Origin: an uncultured Gemmatimonadaceae bacterium
GTDB taxonomy: Bacteria; Gemmatimonadota; Gemmatimonadetes; Gemmatimonadales; Gemmatimonadaceae
DNA length: 64,000 nt
Assembly (NCBI GenBank): GCA_963740355.1
Contig: CAVUDW010000002.1
Span: forward strand, 1,344,001-1,408,000
Direction of reading: 5' to 3'
Shown here: in pieces, positions 47,175-57,568 of the stretch
How the letters are laid out: the number at the start of each line of letters is the position of its first letter
How positions within the stretch are numbered: the first letter of the stretch is position 1
Program-made: the position numbers and the translations under genes
The notes under the pieces: model-generated
What the model was told of the DNA's origin: nothing
Seen by the model: the letters and a program-made list of their open reading frames with translations, nothing else
The model's database searches: none

Positions 47175-48590
47175 GTGTCCGTCACCGCTCCGAAAACCAA
47201 GATCGTCTGCACCCTCGGTCCCGCCTCTGCCACGCGTGAGAGCATCGGGTCCCTGATCGAAGCCGGCCTCAATGTGGCCCGGATCAACTTCTCCCACGGC
47301 ACGCACGAGCAGCACGCGCAGACGATCGCGATTGTGCGTGAGGTGGCCTCCGCCTACGGCAAGCCGGTCGCCATCCTCGGTGACCTGCAGGGGCCGCGCA
47401 TCCGGATCGGCGTCCTCTCGCAGCCGCTCCAGCTCGTGCCGGGCCGCGAAGTGGTGCTGGCGCACGAAGGGGAAGAGGAACCCGGCGACATCCCGGTGAC
47501 CTACACCCAGCTCTCGCACGACGTCTCGGCCGGCGGTCGCATCCTGATCAATGACGGCCTGCTCGAGTTGCGGGTGCTGCAGGTGATGGGAAAGCGGGTG
47601 CGCTGCGAAGTGGTCTTCGGCGGTGAACTGAAGAGCAACAAGGGCATCAACCTGCCGGGCATCGCAGTGTCCGCACCCTCGATCACGGAAAAGGATCGCG
47701 CCGACGTCGCCTTCGCCGTCGAACAGGACCTCGACTACGTCGCGCTCAGCTTCGTGCGTCGCGCCGAGGACCTCTGGCAGCTCCGTGGACTGGTGCCAAG
47801 CCACATGATGATCGTGGCCAAGGTCGAGAAGGACGTCGCGCTCGACAACATCGAGACGATCGTCGCTGCCTCCGACGCGATCATGGTCGCCCGCGGTGAC
47901 CTCGGCGTCGAATTGCCGTTCGAGCGCGTGCCGGTCGCGCAGAAGCAGATCATCGCGCTCTGCAATCGCATGGGTCGCCCGGTGATCACGGCCACGCAGA
48001 TGCTGGAGTCGATGATCACGCATCCGCGCCCGACGCGCGCCGAAGCCAGCGACGTCGCCAACGCGATCCTCGATGGCACCGACGCCGTGATGCTCTCCGC
48101 AGAGACGGCTGCCGGCGCCTATCCGCGCCTGGCCGTGGAAGCGATGCAGCGCATCATCATCGAGATCGAACAGCGCTCGAAGCTCGACATGGCGAACAAG
48201 GACCAGCGCCGCATGCCGGAGCACAAGCACGAAGTCGCCGAAGCGATCGCATCGGCGGTCAGTGCGGCGGTGAAGATGCTTCGCGCACCGGCCATCGTCT
48301 GCTTCACCAAGAGCGGTTCGACGGCTCGCGTCGTGTCGAGCATGCGTCCGGCCGTCACGGTGGTGGCCTGCACGGATCTCGAGAAGACCTATCGCCAGCT
48401 GGCGCTGGTCTGGGGCGTGCAGCCGGAACTGGTGCCGCGTCACGACAACTACGACGACCTGATCGTCGAAGGGTTGAAGGCCGTGCGCCGCCTCAACCTC
48501 GCCGATCCGGGCGACCACATCGTCGTCACGGCCGGCGTGCCGTTCGACACCCCGGGTACGACGAACTTCATGCGCGTGGAGACGGTGTGA
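47175..48590 (+). CDS. pyk: Pyruvate kinase
   Basis: TKIVCTLGPA, RINFSHG, MVARGDLGVE, ATQMLESM. Confidence 0.97.
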   Translation: MSVTAPKTKIVCTLGPASATRESIGSLIEAGLNVARINFSHGTHEQHAQTIAIVREVASAYGKPVAILGDLQGPRIRIGVLSQPLQLVPGREVVLAHEGEEEPGDIPVTYTQLSHDVSAGGRILINDGLLELRVLQVMGKRVRCEVVFGGELKSNKGINLPGIAVSAPSITEKDRADVAFAVEQDLDYVALSFVRRAEDLWQLRGLVPSHMMIVAKVEKDVALDNIETIVAASDAIMVARGDLGVELPFERVPVAQKQIIALCNRMGRPVITATQMLESMITHPRPTRAEASDVANAILDGTDAVMLSAETAAGAYPRLAVEAMQRIIIEIEQRSKLDMANKDQRRMPEHKHEVAEAIASAVSAAVKMLRAPAIVCFTKSGSTARVVSSMRPAVTVVACTDLEKTYRQLALVWGVQPELVPRHDNYDDLIVEGLKAVRRLNLADPGDHIVVTAGVPFDTPGTTNFMRVETV

Positions 48591-49366
48591 GACTGACCTT
48601 CCTCGGCACCGGAACCAGTTTCGGTGTGCCGCAGGTTGGTTGCAATTGCGCTGTCTGTCGTTCTCCCGATCCGCGTGACAAGCGCACACGGGTCGGGGCA
48701 GTCGTCGAGTCGGCAGGCGGTACGCGCCTGCTGCTCGACACACCGCCCGAGCTGCGCGTGCAGCTGATCGCCAACGGGATCGATCGCGTGGACGCGGTGC
48801 TGTTCACGCACGACCATGCCGACCACACCCACGGCATCGACGACATCCGGGCCATCTCCGTCCGGCGTGATGCACCGTTGCCGCTCTATGGCTCGGCCGG
48901 CACCATGCAGAGCCTGCGCGAGAAATTCCGCTACGTCTTCGATGAATCGATGCGCCCCATGCCCGGCACCACCAAGCCGGAAGGGCAGACCGTGATCGTC
49001 GAACCCGACGTGCCAGTGACCATCGGCGACCTCACCGTGGTGCCGTTCATCGTGCCGCACGGTCGCTTCGAAGTCACGGCGTATCGCATCGGGCCGCTCG
49101 GCTACGTCACCGATGCCAAGTCACTGCCGCAGCACGCGATCGATCTGCTGCGCGGCGTGAAGGTGCTGGTGCTCAACGCCCTCTTCCGCACCGCGCATCC
49201 GACCCATCTCAGCATCCCCGAGGCGATCGCCGTGGCGCGCGAAATTGGAGCCGAGCGTACGTACCTGACACATCTCACACACGAGAATTTTCACGCCGAT
49301 CTCGAGGCGGAGTTGCCGTCAGGGATCGCGCCGGCGTTCGACGGTCTCACGGTGCGGGTTGAATAG
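48587..49366 (+). CDS. MBL-fold metallo-hydrolase (PhnP-like)
   Basis: FLGTGTS.GVP..GC.C..C, THDHADH. Confidence 0.9.
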   Translation: MRLTFLGTGTSFGVPQVGCNCAVCRSPDPRDKRTRVGAVVESAGGTRLLLDTPPELRVQLIANGIDRVDAVLFTHDHADHTHGIDDIRAISVRRDAPLPLYGSAGTMQSLREKFRYVFDESMRPMPGTTKPEGQTVIVEPDVPVTIGDLTVVPFIVPHGRFEVTAYRIGPLGYVTDAKSLPQHAIDLLRGVKVLVLNALFRTAHPTHLSIPEAIAVAREIGAERTYLTHLTHENFHADLEAELPSGIAPAFDGLTVRVE

Positions 49367-49369
49367 CCT

Positions 49370-49798
49370 GTGCCACGCATCGAGACCGAGTCGTTTGCCG
49401 TGGACGAGAGTGTCACTGCCATCACGGCGGGGCTGCGCAGCTTCAACGTGAACCACATGACGCCCGAGGAGGCGTCACCGTTCAACATCGTGCTGCGGGA
49501 TGACGATGGGACGATCGTGGGTGGCTGTGTGTGCGAGACACGCTGGCACTGGATGTTCGTCGATCGGCTCTGGGTCAGCGACGCCTTTCGCGGCGCGGGG
49601 TTCGGCACCGCACTGCTCGAGGCGGCCGAGGACGAGGCGCGCCGCCGCGGCTGCACAAAGGCGCATCTTGATACCATAAGCTTTCAGGCGCGGCCGTTCT
49701 ACGAGAAGCTTGGCTGGCGACTGTTCGGCACACTCGAAGACTATCCACCGGGGCACACCCGGTATTTCCTCCAGAAAGACCTTCCTCCGCGTTCCTGA
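49370..49798 (+). CDS. GNAT N-acetyltransferase
   Basis: LWV...RGAGFG, FQARPFYEKLG. Confidence 0.9.
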   Translation: MPRIETESFAVDESVTAITAGLRSFNVNHMTPEEASPFNIVLRDDDGTIVGGCVCETRWHWMFVDRLWVSDAFRGAGFGTALLEAAEDEARRRGCTKAHLDTISFQARPFYEKLGWRLFGTLEDYPPGHTRYFLQKDLPPRS

Positions 49799-49802
49799 TC
49801 CC

Positions 49803-51188
49803 ATGGCTCTCCGATTCGACTACACCAACATGCTCGCGCCGGCCTGCCCAGGCGCGCTGCCGGCTGACACGATCGTCACCGCGGCAGACGCGTTTGCGAA
49901 GGCTGTCGCGGACGTGAAGACGCGCCGCGCGGCGGGCACCCTCGGCTTTCCTGTGCTCCCCGAGGACGCCGCATTGCGCGTCGCGCTCAAGGCTGACGCG
50001 CTGGCTTCGCGCGGCGAGATCGACGACGTGATCCTCTGCGGCATCGGTGGCAGCGCGCTCGGGCCGAACATGCTGCGCAGCGCCCTCTGCCCGCCACGCT
50101 GGAACGAGCTCGATCTCGCCGCGCGCGGCGGCTGGCCGCGGTTGCATGTGATGGACAACGTGGACCCGGTCTCGATGGCGTCGCTCTTCGACCGCATCGA
50201 CCTCAAGCGCACGCGCGTGCTGGTGATTTCCAAGTCCGGTGGCACTGCGGAAACCATGTCGCAGTACCTCGTCGTGCGCGACATGCTGGAGAAGCTGGGC
50301 GAGGAATGGCCGAAGAAGGTGTTGCGCTTCATCACCGATCCCGAGAAGGGTGTGCTGCGCGCGATCGCGAAGACCGATGGCATCATCACCTACGACATTC
50401 CGCCCAGCGTGGGCGGCCGATTCAGTGTGCTGACCGCCGTCGGCCTGGCTCCTGCGGCCTTCATCGGCATCGACATCGATGCACTCTGCGCTGGTGCCGC
50501 AGCGATGCGTGACCGCTGCGAAGATGCGAACCTGGCCGAGAATCCTGCCGGTGTCTTTGCCGTGCTGCAGCATGCGCATGACCAGCGGAACGGTCGGCAG
50601 ATCCATGTGCTGATGCCGTATGCCGATGCGTTGCGTGACGTGGCCGCCTGGTTCGTGCAGCTCTGGGCCGAGAGCCTAGGCAAGGCGCTGCCCGGCGGCG
50701 GGAATGTTGGTCCGACACCGTTGCCGGCACTCGGTGCCACCGATCAGCACGCGCAGGTCCAGAACTTCATGGAAGGTCCGCAGGACAAGACCGTGACCTT
50801 CATCGCGGTCGAGAAGCTGGCGCGCGACATCACCATTCCAGCCTTGCACGCGAACTTCCCTGATCTCGCGTACCTCGGCGGTGCGACGATCGGTGCCTTG
50901 CTCGACGCCGAGCGCCGCGCCACGGCCGGCGCCCTCGCCAGCAGTGGTCGCCCGAACGGTGTGCTGCAGATTCCGCAGGTGGACGCACATCACCTTGGCG
51001 AATTGATCATGCTGTTCGAGTTCGCGACCGCCTTCGCCGGCGCACTCTATGGCATCGATGCCTACAACCAGCCGGGCGTCGAGCTGGGCAAGCAGTTCAC
51101 CTACGGCATCTTCGGCCGGCCAGGCTTCGAGTCCGACCGGGATCGGTTCAACCAGCTGGCGCAGCCGAACCCGGCCTGTGTGGTTTGA
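49803..51188 (+). CDS. pgi: Glucose-6-phosphate isomerase
   Basis: GIGGSALG, SKSGGT.ET, GGRFSV, ESLGK, QPGVELGK. Confidence 0.95.
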   Translation: MALRFDYTNMLAPACPGALPADTIVTAADAFAKAVADVKTRRAAGTLGFPVLPEDAALRVALKADALASRGEIDDVILCGIGGSALGPNMLRSALCPPRWNELDLAARGGWPRLHVMDNVDPVSMASLFDRIDLKRTRVLVISKSGGTAETMSQYLVVRDMLEKLGEEWPKKVLRFITDPEKGVLRAIAKTDGIITYDIPPSVGGRFSVLTAVGLAPAAFIGIDIDALCAGAAAMRDRCEDANLAENPAGVFAVLQHAHDQRNGRQIHVLMPYADALRDVAAWFVQLWAESLGKALPGGGNVGPTPLPALGATDQHAQVQNFMEGPQDKTVTFIAVEKLARDITIPALHANFPDLAYLGGATIGALLDAERRATAGALASSGRPNGVLQIPQVDAHHLGELIMLFEFATAFAGALYGIDAYNQPGVELGKQFTYGIFGRPGFESDRDRFNQLAQPNPACVV

Positions 51189-51303
51189 TCGAGCACGCGG
51201 CACGATCCCTTGTGCCTCGTGCCGGTGGTAGGGAGCTTTCAGGTCTCCCCCACCAGAGTCGTGCACGAGGTCGCTGTTTCCCCTTTCTTTCACTGAGGTC
51301 TTG

Positions 51304-52713
51304 ATGTCCGCTCCCGCCATCTCGTCGGCGCTGCTCTCCGACTGCGTTACCGTCGCTGGATCCACCGTGACCGTCACGCATCCCGAGCTGCTGGCGACCG
51401 ACCGCATGGACGCGGTGATCAACGCTGCCGTTTTCGGCACCGATGAAGAGAAGGAATACGCGCGCTGGCTGCTCTGGGAAGTTGGACAGCACGTCGGTGT
51501 CCGACCGGCCTCGATTCATGACCTCTACGTGGCGCGCGGTGCCGGCAAGACCGGCGGCTACACCGTCCCGGCCATGAACATCCGCTGCGCCTCGTACGAC
51601 ACGATGCGCTCGATCTTCCGCACCGCCAACAAGCTCGAAGCCGGCGCGTTCATTCTCGAAATCGCGCGCTCCGAGATCGCCTACACCGACCAGCGTCCCA
51701 CCGAGTACGTCGCGGTGATGATTGCAGCGGCGTTGCGCGAAGGTTTCCGCGGCCCGCTCTTCATCCAGGGTGACCACTTCCAGGTCAACCACAAGAAGTT
51801 CGCGGTCGATCCGGTGCTGGAAGTGAACTCGGTGAAGCAGCTGGTGACGGAAGCCGTCGCTGCCGGTTTCTACAACATCGACGTCGACACCTCGACGCTG
51901 GTCGACCTGTCGAAGCCGACGCATGACGAACAGCAGGTGCCGAACTACGTCACGGCAGTGGACATCTGCCGTTTCGTGCGCGCGTCGGAGCCTGAGGGTG
52001 TGACGATCTCCCTCGGCGGCGAGATTGGCGAAGTGGGCACCGAAAATTCGACGCCCGATGAACTGCATGCGTTCATGAAGGGCTTCAACAAGACGCTGCA
52101 GGAGCAGGCACCGGGCATGGCCGGCCTCTCAAAGATCAGCGTGCAGAGTGGCACCAGTCATGGTGGCACGGTGTTGCCGGACGGCAGCATCGCCGATGTC
52201 GCGCTCGATCTCGAGACGCTGCGCATCCTCGGCGAGTTGGCCCGCTCCGACTACGGCATGGCAGGCGCCGTGCAGCATGGTGCGAGCACGTTGCCGGACA
52301 GCAAGTTCAGTTCTTTCCCGGCCGCCGAAACCGCCGAGATCCATCTCGCGACGAACTTCCAGACGATGATGTTCGACCACATGCCCGATGCACTCCGCAA
52401 GGAGATGTACGACTGGCTGCTGGTGAATGCGAAGGACGAGCGGAAGGCGACCGACACCGATGAGCAGTTCTTCTACAAGGCACGCAAGAAGGCGATTGGT
52501 CCCTTCAAGAAGCAGATGTGGTCATTGCCGGCGGACGTGAAGGCGAAGCTTGCGGCCGCATACGATGCCAAGTTCACGTTCCTCTTCACGCAGCTGAACG
52601 TCGTCGGGACCAAGGCGGCGGTGAAGGAGTTCGTGAAGGCGCCGCGCCTGCACAAGGTGTTCGGTGCGCCCGGCGTGATCGCCGCGCCGGATGATGCGGA
52701 CCTGAGTGACTGA
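51304..52713 (+). CDS. Class II fructose-bisphosphate aldolase family protein
   Basis: VPAMN, QGDH, GEIGEVG, GTSHG, VQHGAS; follows pgi. Confidence 0.82.
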   Translation: MSAPAISSALLSDCVTVAGSTVTVTHPELLATDRMDAVINAAVFGTDEEKEYARWLLWEVGQHVGVRPASIHDLYVARGAGKTGGYTVPAMNIRCASYDTMRSIFRTANKLEAGAFILEIARSEIAYTDQRPTEYVAVMIAAALREGFRGPLFIQGDHFQVNHKKFAVDPVLEVNSVKQLVTEAVAAGFYNIDVDTSTLVDLSKPTHDEQQVPNYVTAVDICRFVRASEPEGVTISLGGEIGEVGTENSTPDELHAFMKGFNKTLQEQAPGMAGLSKISVQSGTSHGGTVLPDGSIADVALDLETLRILGELARSDYGMAGAVQHGASTLPDSKFSSFPAAETAEIHLATNFQTMMFDHMPDALRKEMYDWLLVNAKDERKATDTDEQFFYKARKKAIGPFKKQMWSLPADVKAKLAAAYDAKFTFLFTQLNVVGTKAAVKEFVKAPRLHKVFGAPGVIAAPDDADLSD

Positions 52714-52715
52714 GC

Positions 52716-53357
52716 TTGACTGATTTCCCGACCCGCGATTTTGCAGCGGCCGCACCCTCTTCCGAGGATGCGGCCGCTGCGTCGTCACGGGCTGCACGCC
52801 AATTGCTGGACGCCGCCGTGGCGCGTGCCATCGCGACGCTCGCGCACGACCTGCGCAATTCGCTGGGGGTCGTCTCGATGCAGGTCGAGGCGATCGCCGT
52901 GCGGTCTGCGTCGGCCACGCCCGATCTGGCCAAGATTCAGGCCCACGCCAGCGTGGCCGCGGATCACATCGAGCGCCTGGCCGACATGACCAATGCGCTG
53001 ATTGCCTTTGCCCGTGGGCGGACCTCGTCCGATCTCTCCGTCATCGTGGCCGAGGCGGCAGCACTGGTCCCGCTCCGTCCCGTGAACATCTCGAAGCCGC
53101 TGGTGGCAGCCGTTGGCCTCGACCCGATGCTGGTGCGGGCCGTCGCCCTCGAGGTACTGGTGCTGGCCCTCGGCAGCCCCGCTGCTCCCTCCTTTTCCGT
53201 CACGACGAACTCAGCGGGCTCGACCTTGACCGTCGTTTCCGGTGAGCCGCTGATCGCCAATGATGCGCTGGAATGGGTTGTGCAGTTTCAGCGCGTTGGC
53301 GGCCGCATTGATTCTACCGAGGACGGCATGCGTCTTCAGTTCCCGCCGATCGCCTGA
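52716..53357 (+). CDS. Histidine-kinase-like protein with H-box but degenerate ATPase domain
   Basis: LAHDLRNSL; no N/G1/G2 boxes. Confidence 0.7.
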   Translation: MTDFPTRDFAAAAPSSEDAAAASSRAARQLLDAAVARAIATLAHDLRNSLGVVSMQVEAIAVRSASATPDLAKIQAHASVAADHIERLADMTNALIAFARGRTSSDLSVIVAEAAALVPLRPVNISKPLVAAVGLDPMLVRAVALEVLVLALGSPAAPSFSVTTNSAGSTLTVVSGEPLIANDALEWVVQFQRVGGRIDSTEDGMRLQFPPIA

Positions 53358-53360
53358 ACC

Positions 53361-54839
53361 ATGACAAGTCCAATGGCCAACGCCACGATCCTGATCGCTG
53401 ACGACGAACCCGCCGTCACCACACCCCTCGAAGCGGTGCTCTCGGCTGACGGGTACAACGTGGTCGTGGTGAGCGATGGCAATGCGGCGCTCGAGCGGCT
53501 CGAACAGGACGACATCGCCCTCATCCTCACCGACCTCAAGATGCCCGGCCTCGATGGCATGGCACTGCTCGAGGCGGTGCGCAGCCGCGAGCTGCTGGTC
53601 GAGTGCATCATCATCACCGGTGAAGCGTCGGTCGATACGGCCGTCGAGGCGATGCGCCACGGGGCGTATGACTACATCGAGAAGCCGCTCACCAAGCAGA
53701 AGCTGACGCGGCTGAAGGCGCTGATCCCGAAGGCGATCGAGAAGGAAGCCACGCGTCGCAAGAACCGCGAGCTGTCATCGCGACTCGAAGGCCTCACCAG
53801 CTTCGGTGAACTGATCGGACAGTCGGAGCCGATGCGCGAGGTGTACGGCCTGATCGAGGCCGTCGCGCCCACGAATGCCAGCGTGCTCATTCTCGGCGAA
53901 TCGGGCACGGGCAAGGAGCTTGTAGCTCGCGCGGTGCACCAGAAGAGCGATCGCGCCAAGGGCCCGTTCTACGCGCTCAACTGCGCCGCGTTGCCGAAGG
54001 AGATTCTCGAGAACGAGCTGTTCGGCCACGAGAAGGGCGCCTTCACCGGTTCGGTGAACGAAAAGACCGGCGCCTTCGAGAATGCCATCGGTGGCACGCT
54101 CTTCCTCGATGAGCTGGCCGAGATGCCGGTGGATATCCAGGTCAAGCTGCTGCGTGCCCTCGAGACGCGCTCCATCCGGCGCCTTGGCGGCAAGAAGGAA
54201 ATTCCGGTCGACATCCGCATCGTCGCGGCGACGAACAAGGACATCCAGAAGGCGATCGCCGACAACGAGTTGCGCGAGGACCTCTACTACCGCCTCGCGG
54301 TGGTCGAGTTCGTGCTGCCGCCGCTGCGCGAGCGGGGTGCCGACATCCTGATCCTCGCCGAGGCGTTCCTGTCGCGCTACTCGAAGCAGAATGGCAAGCG
54401 CCTGACCGGCTTTGGGGATGGTGCCCGGGAGTGGATGGCGATGTACCCGTGGCCGGGTAACGTGCGCGAGTTGAAGAACGCGATCGAGCGCGCCGTCATC
54501 CTCGCCCGGACGACGGAAGTCAGCGCCAGCGACCTCCTGCCGCGCCACCTGCGGGGCACGGCGGAAAGCCTCGGCCCGGTGACACTTTCCTTCGGTTCGT
54601 CGGTGGCGGATGCGCGTCGCCAGCTCGCGTTGCGCACCTATGCGCAGCTTGGTGGCGACCTGCCCAAGGCCGCATCGATGCTGGGCCTGAAGGAATCGCA
54701 ACTTCGCGAAGAGCTGATGGCGATGCTCGCCCTGCCCGATCCGTCAGGAGACACCCCACCCGGAGGCGAAGAGGGGAGTGACCGGGCGTCGGTCCGCCTC
54801 GTACGTTCCGATGAGGGCAAGGCTGCGCCCGGACGCTGA
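53361..54839 (+). CDS. Sigma-54-dependent NtrC-family response regulator
   Basis: REC (ADDE, TDLKMP), [23 protein letters not shown]-terminal HTH. Confidence 0.95.
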   Translation: MTSPMANATILIADDEPAVTTPLEAVLSADGYNVVVVSDGNAALERLEQDDIALILTDLKMPGLDGMALLEAVRSRELLVECIIITGEASVDTAVEAMRHGAYDYIEKPLTKQKLTRLKALIPKAIEKEATRRKNRELSSRLEGLTSFGELIGQSEPMREVYGLIEAVAPTNASVLILGESGTGKELVARAVHQKSDRAKGPFYALNCAALPKEILENELFGHEKGAFTGSVNEKTGAFENAIGGTLFLDELAEMPVDIQVKLLRALETRSIRRLGGKKEIPVDIRIVAATNKDIQKAIADNELREDLYYRLAVVEFVLPPLRERGADILILAEAFLSRYSKQNGKRLTGFGDGAREWMAMYPWPGNVRELKNAIERAVILARTTEVSASDLLPRHLRGTAESLGPVTLSFGSSVADARRQLALRTYAQLGGDLPKAASMLGLKESQLREELMAMLALPDPSGDTPPGGEEGSDRASVRLVRSDEGKAAPGR

Positions 54840-54883
54840 GGTCCGGGAGGCGCCGGTCCGCTTCCACCAACGAAACACGCCCC

Positions 54884-55306
54884 ATGCCGCGACGTGACTG
54901 GGACGACGACGATCAGATCATCATCGTCGAAGAGAACGATTCCTCCGGACTGTCCGCCTTCCTGCTCGGCGCCGCCCTCGGTGCCGGACTGGCGCTGATC
55001 TTCGCACCGCAGACGGGCGCCGAAACGCGCCAGTCGATCAAGCGCAGCGCCAAGAAGGCCGGCGAGGCGACCAAGCGAGCAGGCGAAAAGGTGACCGATG
55101 CGTTGTCGCAGGCGAAGGCAGACCTCGAGTCACGCATCGACTCCGCGAAGTCGTCGCTCGACCTGAAGAAGGTTCAGGTCTCGCGCGCCGTCGACGCCGG
55201 CCGCGAAGCCGCCCGCGCCGCCCGCGAAGACCTCGAGCGTCGCATGTCCGAGCAACGCTCCAGCGAAACCTCCCGCCTCCGCGAACACGACAACGGCGCG
55301 GCTTGA
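54884..55306 (+). CDS. YtxH domain protein
   Basis: FLLGAALGAGLALIFAPQTGAETR followed by a charged helix. Confidence 0.85.
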   Translation: MPRRDWDDDDQIIIVEENDSSGLSAFLLGAALGAGLALIFAPQTGAETRQSIKRSAKKAGEATKRAGEKVTDALSQAKADLESRIDSAKSSLDLKKVQVSRAVDAGREAARAAREDLERRMSEQRSSETSRLREHDNGAA

Positions 55307-55330
55307 GCTCTTGATTCGGGCGTCTGAAAC

Positions 55331-55475
55331 AGCAACTGCATAACGCAGAACTGCACAGCCGCAGAAGAGAACAGCCGCAGAACTGCAAAAGCCACAGAAC
55401 GCAAACGACAGCGTAGCGAGCTGCTACCTGCAGTTGCCCTTCTGCGGCTGTTCGGTTCTGCGTTATGCAGTTGCT
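55331..55475. repeat. Family C long inverted-repeat element
   Basis: Perfect 21-bp arms agcaactgcataacgcagaac/gttctgcgttatgcagttgct plus an inner 13-bp pair. Confidence 0.88.
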
Positions 55476-56555
55476 CTAAATCGCAACCGCAGTGGGAGCA
55501 GGCGACGGTGTGTCGCTGCGCCCGGCGGTGACGCCGCAGGATGGGCAGTACTGGAAGAATGCATTCTTGCGGGTGTCGCAGGCGACGCACTTGTCGAAGA
55601 GCTTCATGCCGCAGTGCACGCAGAAGTTCGTGGTAGCATTCGGGCCGCCGGCGATGGCGCGTTCGCAGCCGGGGCACATGTTCGCGCTCATCTTGCGCAG
55701 CGCTTCTTCGTAGCCGAGTGACTGGCGACGCTCGGTTTCCGTCTGCTGCTCGACCAGTTGGCGCTTGGCCACGTAGCGCTGCATCGCTCGGATCACGTAG
55801 TGACCCGCGACCAGCGTGAGGATGATGCCGACGATGTAGCGCACGTAGCCGCCGTAACTCGGCAGGTACGGCACCAGCTCGACGAAGAACGCCACCGCCG
55901 CGAAGAGCACGAAGCCGCGCGCCAGGGGCCAGTACTGGCTCTTCCGCTTCTTCGCGATCAACCAGATGCCGATCAGCAGCAGCGGCAGGGTCAAGGCAAG
56001 CCGGATCGCGAACACACGCAGCTCGAGCTGGAACTGCGCGCGATCGTACATCGGCATTGCGGCATCGCGCAGGTCGGATTCAACGGTCTGCAGCGAGTCC
56101 ATCGACTGCGTGATCACCAGGCGGCGTGCGTCGAGGACTTCGACCGACTTCTGCGCGATGGCCTGCTGCGCCAGCAACGACTCCAGCTCACGCGTCTTGG
56201 CGATCCCCTCGGGATCCTGATCCGGGTTGCTGGTTGCGGTGCGCGTCGAGCGCCAGTTGTCGTACGCTTCCTTGCGATTCTGGTAGGTCGTGCGACTCGA
56301 GTCGAAGGTCTGGTTCGCCGTGTTGCGGCGATTGTCCACCGCGTTCGCTTCGTCCTGGAGTGACTTCCGCTGCGCACGAAGGGGCTGCAGCCTGGCCTGG
56401 TCGATGAACTGGTCCAGCGAAATCGACTGGTCCACGCCCGGCAACTGTCCCACCACTTGGCGCCCGAGGCCCGTCAGGAATCCAGCGAACACCAGCGACA
56501 CGGCCCACATCGCGATGGAGAACAACCGCTCGGGGACGCGCAGGCTCTTGAACAT
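55476..56555 (-). CDS. Membrane protein with coiled coil and C-terminal double zinc ribbon
   Basis: TM + long coiled coil + 3 TM; CPGC, CVHC, CVAC, CPSC. Confidence 0.8.
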   Translation of the reverse strand: MFKSLRVPERLFSIAMWAVSLVFAGFLTGLGRQVVGQLPGVDQSISLDQFIDQARLQPLRAQRKSLQDEANAVDNRRNTANQTFDSSRTTYQNRKEAYDNWRSTRTATSNPDQDPEGIAKTRELESLLAQQAIAQKSVEVLDARRLVITQSMDSLQTVESDLRDAAMPMYDRAQFQLELRVFAIRLALTLPLLLIGIWLIAKKRKSQYWPLARGFVLFAAVAFFVELVPYLPSYGGYVRYIVGIILTLVAGHYVIRAMQRYVAKRQLVEQQTETERRQSLGYEEALRKMSANMCPGCERAIAGGPNATTNFCVHCGMKLFDKCVACDTRKNAFFQYCPSCGVTAGRSDTPSPAPTAVAI

Positions 56556-56589
56556 GTTTTCTGGCTCGAGGAATGCGGGCTACGCCAAC

Positions 56590-57519
56590 TCAGCGCCCGC
56601 GCAGCGTACCAAGGACAGACTGGAGATTCGTGCCGCGCGCAACAGTCTGGACCCGGTCCTGCACCTTCGGGAAAATCGTCTCCGCTTCCTTCTGGAAGCG
56701 CGTGAACAGCGCCTTCATGTCACTCGTCGAGAGTGAACGACCCTGCGCATAGTACTGCGCGGCGGCATGACCGAGTGCGTAGGTCGCGGCGAAACTCACC
56801 GTTGCACCGGCGGCCATCCCTGTGGCACCGCCGAACATGCCGCCCAGCAACCCACCCGCGAGGCCGCCGAATGTCTTGCGCACTATGCTTTCCATGAACT
56901 GCGCCGCGGCACCGATCCCGAAGGTCGCCGCGAGATCCTTCACCTGCGCCGCCGACATCTGCTGGCCGTTGCGCTGCCCGATGGTGTAGACCAAACGCAG
57001 TTGCAACGGCAGGATCGCCATGTTTGCCAGTCGATCCGGCAGCACTTCGAGCGCTGCGGTCAGGATCGCCTGATCGAGAATCATCGCATCCAGTTCCGCG
57101 GCCGTCGGCGGCTGTGCTGCGGCGGTCGTCGGCACCGGCGGCTGCATCACGGCGCCCGTCAACGCGGCGACCGACGCAATCGCCGACATCTCACCGGTCG
57201 TCGAGCCAATGCCAAGGCTCGACTGGAGCTGCTGCAGGAACACCACTTCCTTGGCGTCGGCAACACCATCTGCATTGCAGACGGCGACTGCGATCTCGTA
57301 CGCCGCGCGCCGCGCGTCATCGGTGGACAATGACCCCGCGAGAATCCGGATATCCTCAGGCGCCGCGGCCGCACGCTGCACCACGGCCTCAGCGTTCGGC
57401 AGGCCGAGGCGCGATGCGGCGGCGGTGATCTGCGCCAGCTCGACCTCGTTCCGGTTGCCGTCGGCGATGGCCGCCTGCGCGGCGATCGTGATGATGACTT
57501 CTGCGTCCGTCGGCGTCAT
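56590..57519 (-). CDS. TerB/DUF533-like N-domain fused to DUF697-like C-domain
   Basis: AAIADG...E, VCNADG...EVVFL..L...LG; glycine-rich GGLAGGLLGG helix. Confidence 0.65.
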   Translation of the reverse strand: MTPTDAEVIITIAAQAAIADGNRNEVELAQITAAASRLGLPNAEAVVQRAAAAPEDIRILAGSLSTDDARRAAYEIAVAVCNADGVADAKEVVFLQQLQSSLGIGSTTGEMSAIASVAALTGAVMQPPVPTTAAAQPPTAAELDAMILDQAILTAALEVLPDRLANMAILPLQLRLVYTIGQRNGQQMSAAQVKDLAATFGIGAAAQFMESIVRKTFGGLAGGLLGGMFGGATGMAAGATVSFAATYALGHAAAQYYAQGRSLSTSDMKALFTRFQKEAETIFPKVQDRVQTVARGTNLQSVLGTLRGR

Positions 57520-57568
57520 GGTGCGTATCTCGGTGGGGGAAGTGCAGGACCCTACGCGTGCAATGCCC

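Noticed and set aside
46380..48743. Long antisense ORFs (also 121-1599, 2490-4085, 7652-9226, 38799-40331, 42321-43778)
   Set aside because: Shadows of real genes caused by high-GC codon bias.
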